64,000 nucleotides of DNA from Octopus vulgaris (Eukaryota), in the NCBI GenBank assembly GCA_951406725.2, contig OX597815.1, positions 135,594,001 to 135,658,000 of the forward strand, given 5' to 3'. The notes beneath the pieces were generated by a model that was given only the letters and a program-made list of their open reading frames with translations, was not told the DNA's origin and ran no database searches. Position numbers and translations under genes: made by a program. Position 1 is the stretch's first letter. Every line of letters starts with the position of its first letter. This document shows, in pieces, positions 55,652-64,000 of the stretch.

Positions 55652-56119
55652 AGTTTGTCTGTGTCTGTTTTGTGGTTCTGTTTTAGTCGTAAATTTCTCT
55701 GTCGTTCCTCTGTGCCACCCATTTCATTACATATACACGTGTATTCTCTCTTAAGTTTATGCGCAGTTTTACCTGAGCATTGCCAATCAAATGATGCTAG
55801 TAAATAATAATGAACTGATTTACCACTTATCGTCTCAAGCTCTGGCGTGCGTGTGTGTGTGTGTGTATGTGTGTGTGTGTGTGTGTATGTATATATCTCC
55901 GAGAACCGAATGAAATAGGAGAGTTAAAGTAGTAATTTTTTACATCACAACATCATAAATTTCATAACATGTGTTTCACTAGTTAATACTAGTATGTAAT
56001 GCGGTAATTATAACATACCTATGTTTTAGTCTAGAACCCTTAATCCTTAAAGTGCTTTCTGCTTCCCTACAAGGTTTAAGTAACGCCCCCGATGGAGTAC
56101 TGCTACGTACACTGACATC

Positions 56120-56380
56120 CTGGGCAGAAGTCAGAAGGGCCACTCGGCTGATTGGCAATCCATCCCTAATGGACATATTCCAACCAATGTGTGCTGTCTC
56201 TTCTCAATGCCTTTTCTACTGCTACCATAACAACCCCTGTTCCTTGGAGTTGGTTGGTGTCGTACCTCCACCTCCCAGTCATCTTGCTTCTCCACTTCTT
56301 CCTACCCTTATCGCGTCTAATTTTCCCGTTCCCTCCACTGATCACCACTCCCAATCAATCTTCCGCTTTCCCCCAAATAT
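56120..56380 (+). pseudogene. C-terminal remnant of a CR1/Jockey-group LINE ORF2
   Basis: RRATRLIGNPSLMDIFQP..VSSQCLFYCYH..CSLEL..VPP resembles the conserved LINE tail RAxRLI..PSL...QPL..RR.V..L..FY.Y....CS.EL. Confidence 0.55.
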
Positions 56381-56695
56381 CGGTTTTCTGAAACCTCCTC
56401 TTCGCTCGTGTTTTTCCGACAGATGTTGGTCTACAACAATAGAAACAGTATATTGATGGTAACAGTCTCAGAGAGATCATGTAAAGGACATTAATTCTGT
56501 CCCTTCCTCCAAACTTATCAAACAGGAAAAAAAAAAAAAACGATGCACATATGCTCACACATGCATAAGAATTTAGATATTGTAAGCAAAATTATTCCAA
56601 CCAAAGCCATCTCGTTACCTCTTTATATTAGAACACTTTATCCAGGACTGTATTAATATGTATGTGCACGTGGACCATCATGTTTTGAAAGTGAT

Positions 56696-56805
56696 ATGTG
56701 ATTTGAGGGATACTCATCTCTGGTTTTTAGCAGCGCCAGCAACCACGTAGATGTGATTTGAGGGATACTCATCTCTTGTTTTTAGCAGCGCCAGCAACCA
56801 CGTAG
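56696..56805. repeat. Tandem duplication, 2 x 55 bp with 1 mismatch
   Basis: ATGTGATTTGAGGGATACTCATCTCT...AACCACGTAG occurs twice. Confidence 0.95.
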
Positions 56806-58177
56806 AGGTTCACCAGCTGCTACGTGGAACATCAATGTTGATGTGGTTTACGTATTGTCATAAACTATAAAACATTTGGAGAAACAAATTTACAAACGAT
56901 TTTTTTGTTTTGATTTATAATCAATTGTAAGTAGTCTCTTTTTTTACTTTTGCTTGGTATATATTCAACGAATTTAATAATTTCTGATATATAAGTATAG
57001 CATGAATGCCTGGGCGGGATTCGAACCACAATATCTTGTCACTATTCCGAGTTCTTTCGCTCAGCAACTCTTCATCTGAAGCAGGGTATGGGTGACTCTT
57101 GTTCTCATCAAATCATAACCGGATGAAAAAATACCCGACAAAAATACTGATTACTCCTCATTTCTAAAACCGTTATTTAATAAAATTTTCATACTTTTGA
57201 ATTGGAAAAATTACAAATCCATTACTTCTCGCGGTACACGAACAAACTCACATGTTATGTACTTTCAAGTGACCACTGATATTAAAACATTTCCCACAGA
57301 TCTGGTCTAAATGACTGCCACGTTACAAGCTCGAAGCAGCGACAAACTGAAGCATTAATTATCTACGAATGAACACAAACATGTTTGCGTACGTGTTCGC
57401 GAGCGCCTATGGAATAAGTGCGTGGCCTTTCATTTTTGCGTCTTAGTTTGAAAAACATCTGGATAATCGGTTAACCAATTTAATGTTCAGTCCTACGTAT
57501 AGTCTAAAGGTCTACTTGGTTAGAAAAGGAAAGGGGTGTTTATTAGATTTCCTGTTCTATAGGAAGAAAAAAACAGATCATAACAGCCTTTGACTATCTA
57601 CGCATTTGCATAGAGGAAAGGTCAAAGACAAGCTAAAATTACTGAATTGATATGTGAAGAAATAAATGATTGGAATTTCGTTGCAATTACCTTTATGCAT
57701 TCATTCAAAGTCTGCATGAAAGCAAGCAACATTTTCAACCATTTTAGCTGTCCCATTGTGCATTGTTGGCTTGATATGTCGTAATTAGCACTAATAGCGG
57801 TGCAGTATTTAGCAAAATCGTTGCAGCATCGGAGAAAATGGCTTGCGGTTCTTCTTCTGGATACAAATCTATTGTAGTTTAAGTTCAACGTTTGCTTTCA
57901 TTCCTTCGGGATCGGTAAGATAGAATATCAGTCAAGTTCAAAGATCGATGGCATCGACTAGCCACGTTGCTAAAAACAGCTAGCCTTGTTCCTAATTTAG
58001 AAGCAATAATTAATTACATGAATTAAGAAGAGTACAAAATCCATGAATGTATCTCCTATTATGCAAGAAAGCAAATAAAATGAAAAGCATTAGCGATAAA
58101 CAAGTTTATTAAGATTGGCCAATTAATCGACAAATTTCGTTAAGTTCATTTAAAGGACGGATAGTAAGCTGACAACA

Positions 58178-58208
<31 letters not shown>

Positions 58209-58454
58209 CATACATACATACATACATACATACATACATACATACATACATGCATACATACACACATACACACACACATACATACATACACACACACATA
58301 CATACATACATGCATACACACACACACACACACACACAAATACATACATACATACATACATACATACATACATACATACATACATACATACATACATACA
58401 TACATACATACATACATACATACATACATACATACATACATACATACATACATA

Positions 58455-61400
58455 AACATTCGAAGCGACAAATCGCGTATTTGGCATGGGAAACTATTTA
58501 TCGGAAATACCATAAATACTATTTCCAACTTTGGAGCCACAACTATCAGCCTTGTTAAATATCTGGCTAATTTTCTGATGGATTAACTGAGGGAGCCTTT
58601 TATTCACGATCGTAATGATTTTCGACTGAAACTTGAATTTAGCAAGCAGAGAGTTACTATAAGCAACATGGCTGGACATAACATCAACAACTCAATCGAG
58701 GAACAGAACGAAAACAACAGCTCAACAGGTAAACAAATTCTTTCTAGCTGTAGTTATAGAATAAACAGTAACTACAAAACTCATTTCTCTTGGAGTTATG
58801 AATTGAATAATGATCTGTTTAACTGCTACGAAAAAAGCGAAACAAAACCCCACTGTTGGTAATATGAAGCGATTGAAATCATATCGGGACGATCCACATC
58901 CAAAATTAAATAATTTTACTGCGAAGCAACGTTGCCAACGAGCAACATTTTTAGAACACAGAAAGAAGGTTAGTAACTGTAACTTTATTAAAAAATCGAA
59001 AATTAACCTTCTTCCCAATTCTAAAACCAATAATAAAAACGTGAATGATATAAGACCACCACAAAATCGAAATAACAAAGAAAGTACTATCATGGGGTTT
59101 GAAGACAGAGAAAAAGATAACTGGTTTACGGAAGACCATCAGTCATATAATGATGCGTATTGCATGCAAACAAGCAAATCACTATACGTCCCACCAACAG
59201 AAAGTAAAGGAGATAGAAATGATATTTGGAGACAGCAGAAAGAGGACACTCACTTGCAAACTGATTACCCTCAAGCAGGAGCTAAAAGCTCTCAGTGAAA
59301 AACTCTGACATCAGAAGAGAATAAGTGAGAGAAGAACAAAAAACAAAAAAAAAAAATTAACCGCGACCATCCAGCAGTATACAGAGACATGAGAGGAGGA
59401 GCAGTGAACACCACGGAAGCTCCTTCACGAGAAGACACAGACTCTTTCTGGAAAACAATTTGGAATGAAGAGAAGGAATTTAACAAAGACACTCTGTGGC
59501 TGGAAGAAATCCGAAAAAGTTATTGCTCCTGCATTACATCCAAGACATTGATGGTGAAACTCTTGCAACAGTGATCCAGAAACTCCAGGATGGAAAGGCA
59601 CCCGGAAGAGACTTGATTGTTGGATATTGGTACAAGAAGCTAACATTCTACCGACAATATCTTATCAGTCTGTACCAGCAAGCTCTCATTTGGAACAGTA
59701 GCATACCACACTGGTTAGCTCTGGCAGAGACAAAATTGATCCCCAAATACAGAACCACTCACATGGCAAAGTCCTACCGGCCAATTGCATTCCAGAACCT
59801 AATGTATAAAATATATGGAGCATGTTTAAACCTTTTCCTTCAGGACCATTGTGAAACAAATAACGCTATCACAGCAGAACAAGCAGCTGGGAAGAAGGGA
59901 GCCTGGGGATGTGCCGAGCAATTGTTTATCAACAAAACTGTGGTGTCAGAGGTGCGAGAACATAGCAGGAACCTAGTTTCAATGTAGCTAGACTACAGGG
60001 AAGCCTTTGATTCTGTTCCCCACTCATGGATGCTAGAAGTCCTTCAACTTGCTAAAGTCTTTAGTTGGAATAATCAAAGTCATAGTTGACATGATTTCAT
60101 CGTGGGCCACCATCTTGAAATTAAACACAATGAGTGACTGTATTATCACCGACAGTATCACAAAGGTATATTTCAAGGAGGCAGCCTCTCTGTGATGTTG
60201 TTTATATTTTATGTAAACCCCTTGTCATTCGTGTTAAGGAAGTCTGAAAGATATCTCACGGGTTCACAAAGAAACAGAAATAGCAAAATTACACACTGCT
60301 TCTTTGTGGATGACTTAAAACTTTATGCAAAGAATATGTATGAGATGAAAAGGAGCCTTGATCTAGTTACAACACTCTCAAAGAATGTAGGATTGGAGTT
60401 TGGTCAGGATTAAATGTTGTTATATGGTTGTGAAAGGGGAAAAACTATAAACCAGACTAGTAATATCTCCATCAATGATTTGACTGTTTCCCCTGAATCT
60501 GACGAGGAATGTTACATGTATCTAGGGGTGGATGAAAATATATCTTACAGTGGCACCTGTAACAAAATACGTGTCACTAAAGAATATTAAAGCTGAATAA
60601 AGAAAATTTGAACCTCAGAACTCTATGCATTCAATAAAACAGTGGCCCACAATGTGTTTGCAGTGCCAGTATTCACACGAACATTTGGGCTGCTTGATTT
60701 GACGCTTGGTGAGATTCGAACCATTGATGTGAAAACCCGAAAAATACTAACAAGCACACATAATTTCCATATAAACAGCGATGTAGATCGCCTCTACCTG
60801 AAACGAAAACAAGGAGGAAGAGGCTTAACATCGATTCAAATTGTCTTTGAATTTCTCAACATATCCCTTCGGCAACATCTTTTAACCACCAAGTGTCGAA
60901 GAGCATCCCATGACCAAGTTTGTTTACATGAAGCTGCTAACATTATAAGACTTGGAAGGCAGTTCCTTGAGCAACTATTCTTTGTCTAATAACCTAGAAT
61001 ACATACCCAAAGAAGTCGCACGACTCTACTGCAACATATCATCAGATGAAAGGATGGCCTACACGAGCAGAAGACTATGCATGGATATGTTACTAGCATA
61101 TCATCAAAGCAGTTTATCGTGGACTAATAGCTAGATTACTACCTCCCATTTCGAAGGGTAAGCGTTTGCAACCCAGGAACAGGAAATATCAACCAAGTAC
61201 CTGATGCACAAAAGGGATAGAGATGCATGTAAAGCCGTAAAGTGTGACAACCGATGCAGACTTTGTGGAGTTCACACTGAAGATATCACCCACATCATAA
61301 GCAGTTGTCCGAAAATGTCATCACGGTATTTTCTGACAATGCGACATGACGTTGTAGCTAGGACACTCTATAATGAAATCCGTCGGAAGGATAATCCTGA

Positions 61401-61900
61401 GGACAAAGAAATAAGAACTCACAATATGGTAGAAGCCATAGCCACTCATAATAAAAGGAATACTGGTGAAATGTACAAGTGAAAAACTCAATAAAATGTA
61501 AGCACAACACACCTGATATGATGATTTGGAGTAGAGAAGAGAAATTGTGCACATTGTGGAAATTAGCTGCCCAGCGGATGTTAACATAAAGCTGAAGATC
61601 AGCGAAAAAGAGAACACCTATGCTGAACTATTGAGAAAGCTGTAGTTACTCTATCCAGATTACAAGTTCAGGTTTATAGCTGTAATTATTGGGGTCCTAA
61701 ATGTTGAAAAATTAGGCTTCTCAAAACCAGTAAGGAGAAAGCTAATTCAAAGACTACAGATCCACTCCTTCACTGGAACTGTAAAAATCTGTAAAACTTT
61801 CCAAACGTTTATCATTTAAATATATATGAGCATGACTAGATATGCAACTATATGCATGAGAATACATACATAAAGTAAAACATACAAATCTGCACATCAT
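58455..61900 (+). mobile_element. Near full-length degenerate non-LTR retrotransposon with RT, CCHC finger and restriction-like endonuclease (R4/Dong-type)
   Basis: GKAPGRD, YRPIA, LDYREAFDSVPHSW, GIFQGGSLS, FVDDLKLY, YLGV, RLYLKRKQGGRGL, CRLC..HIISSC..RHD, PDMMI..VEISCP..K. Many stops and frameshifts; the ORF ends at about 61819. Confidence 0.92.
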
Positions 61901-64000
61901 ACATACATACATACATACATACATACATACCAACAAACTTACACAAAAACCTAGAAGTTCTCGGTGTCACGGAAAAAGAGGAAAAAAAAATAATAACGTA
62001 GATTCTCCAAATCCAATCTATTACTAGCATAAGGAAAATTTGAAAGACATTCCAGAGGCACTCCATCTAAGATTCCTATGTAAATATATGCTCACACCTT
62101 GGTGCATGCATCAACTGTTCAACCAACACACCAACTCATTCAACACACCAACTCATTCAACACACCAACTCAACGACATATTTACAAACACTGGGAACTC
62201 TCTTAACTCAAAAAGTCTTGTCGCTTTGTTAGCGACCAGCTTGAACTCTTTCAAGAGCTTAAATCATACATACAAGAATGCATGACTGAATTCATAGTTG
62301 AAGTCAGAAATTAACCTCAGAGAGCAGACATCCGAAAAGCGCACTGTAAGGACTTGATCTGATGTTCTCAAGTTGCAATCAAGATGGCGACTTGGCAGAG
62401 TCGCCATCTCGATTGTGGTATATTCACGTATAGACTATTTATAATTAACTTAAATAAACATATGACTGTAGAATCTTCAAAATATCTGCAATAATATTTG
62501 CTCAATACAATAATTCGTAATGTTTACAATAAATTAAATCGTTTATTAAAATCTTTTGAAGAAAATTAAAGCTGCGATACATAACGCATATGTATATATT
62601 AACATAAGTTCAATGATTTACATACCTAAGATATGTTTCTAATTACAAAAATATACACTTTATAATAAGTGAAACACTTTTAGTATTAAACATTGAGTCC
62701 AGTTTACGTTATAAATACATTTAAGGAAGATTTATAAAAAAATCAATAAGATAATTATTTACTGTAAGATAATGCCCAAAATTCACCATGCATTACTTTC
62801 TGTGTCATAGTTGTGTCCCCTTCTTTATTAACTAGTTCGCTTTTGCGCTTCAATCATTTTGAGGATTTGTGTGTGTGTGTGTGTACATGGGTATAGCTTT
62901 GTCTAAAAACTGGAAAGCCTGAGATAAATATTTAGCTGTCAAAATTCGTGATGTTTGTGCACCTCACTCTTCAGCTTCAGCACAGCGCTGTTCCATACCT
63001 GCGAAATCCTCGTTAGGCATTTTTTACCCCCTAAGATTCAAGTAACTCCACTAAATCTTAATATATTTCATTATATTCAGCCTAGTGTATCATCTCAGCA
63101 ATCTTCTGATGAGCTTTCTCTATTGACTTTTCATTACCTGGAAATCTGCAAAGCAGTTTGGATAAATTTTACTTTGGATACGATTCACTATGATTGTTTT
63201 CACTCATCGTTATGCCCCTATCAAATTTCCAGTAGCATTCATGATATAGCACCACGCTTAAATTCTTTTATAGTTGGTTTAATTTCGCCATGTAAGACCT
63301 CAAACAATTGTTTAAAGGTGTGCTTGTAAGTAGTAGGCTTTGAAGAATCTCCCAGCCCATAGATGAATCAGAAAAGCTATTTAAAAGTTATCTGTGTAGT
63401 TATCCTGTTATATGAGTAAACCGGAGCACTGACACAAAGAAGCAAATCCTTATTTTCAAGTTACGTAGTCTGGCAACATTCTTTGACAGCTGAGCAGAAA
63501 CATGATATAAACCAATCTTAGAACTAAATTATAGTAGGCCACTCCTTTTCATTTGATTTCCTTATTACACGAAGATGCGATTCAGAATATATTTTCAAAT
63601 CTACTGGTATCCCAGAATGATAAGCAGTGAGAACTCGAAGTATTTCCATCAAGTATGAGAGTCGTAATATTTTTGGCAGCCTGCAGTAAGTACGTTGTGG
63701 CTTTCACTTCCAAAACAAGTTTGTCTGCATTAAAATTTTGCTGTGGTGTGTATCATTTGAGAATGATATACACAACTTTTCAGCAAAGCTGGGAACAGCT
63801 GCATTCTTTGTCGACGCTTGCAGACACTTCTGTTATCTGTATGTGATGCAATTTTGAGCGATTCTCGAAACACACAAACTGATCACAACTTGCTACGAAA
63901 CACTTGAACCCTGTGTTTTGTTTAGGTTATTTAGTATAGTTAAAGCTCTTTCATTTGTATAGCATGTAGCTAACATAAAGAGTAACACCGGTATATGTTA

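Noticed and set aside
58480-58580. HDV-like ribozyme in the retrotransposon 5' UTR (ATCGGAAA/TTTCTGAT pairing, GGCTAAT)
   Set aside because: P2 and J4/2 look plausible, but I could not form P3/L3 or P1.1, and a competing TATTTAT/ATAAATA hairpin exists.
62900-63900. Degenerate LINE or host exon
   Set aside because: No convincing motif or open frame could be read.

Overview
AT-rich, repeat-saturated eukaryotic DNA. The tRNA-derived SINE families and very dense (TA)n/(CA)n/(CATA)n/(GA)n/(CTAT)n microsatellites point to an octopus or other coleoid cephalopod (inference). I found no intact host gene: nearly all ORF-track entries are microsatellite translations. Recognisable content is about 25 SINE copies in 3 families, a near-full-length degenerate R4/Dong-type REL retrotransposon (58.5-61.9 kb), Helitron Rep, mariner/Tc1, RTE, Penelope and CR1-like remnants, a possible PIF1 helicase relic, an 80-bp 28S rRNA fragment and a GC-rich 9-mer array. 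The most striking signal is a set of fold-back elements, mostly in or beside (TA)n. Two of them carry back-to-back minimal type-I hammerhead ribozyme motifs at the centre, with compensatory non-canonical cores (G3-C8 at about 1.1 kb, U3-A8 at about 52.1 kb). Further single hammerhead copies lie at 14.9 kb and 48.4 kb. All structures were read by eye and none was computed.
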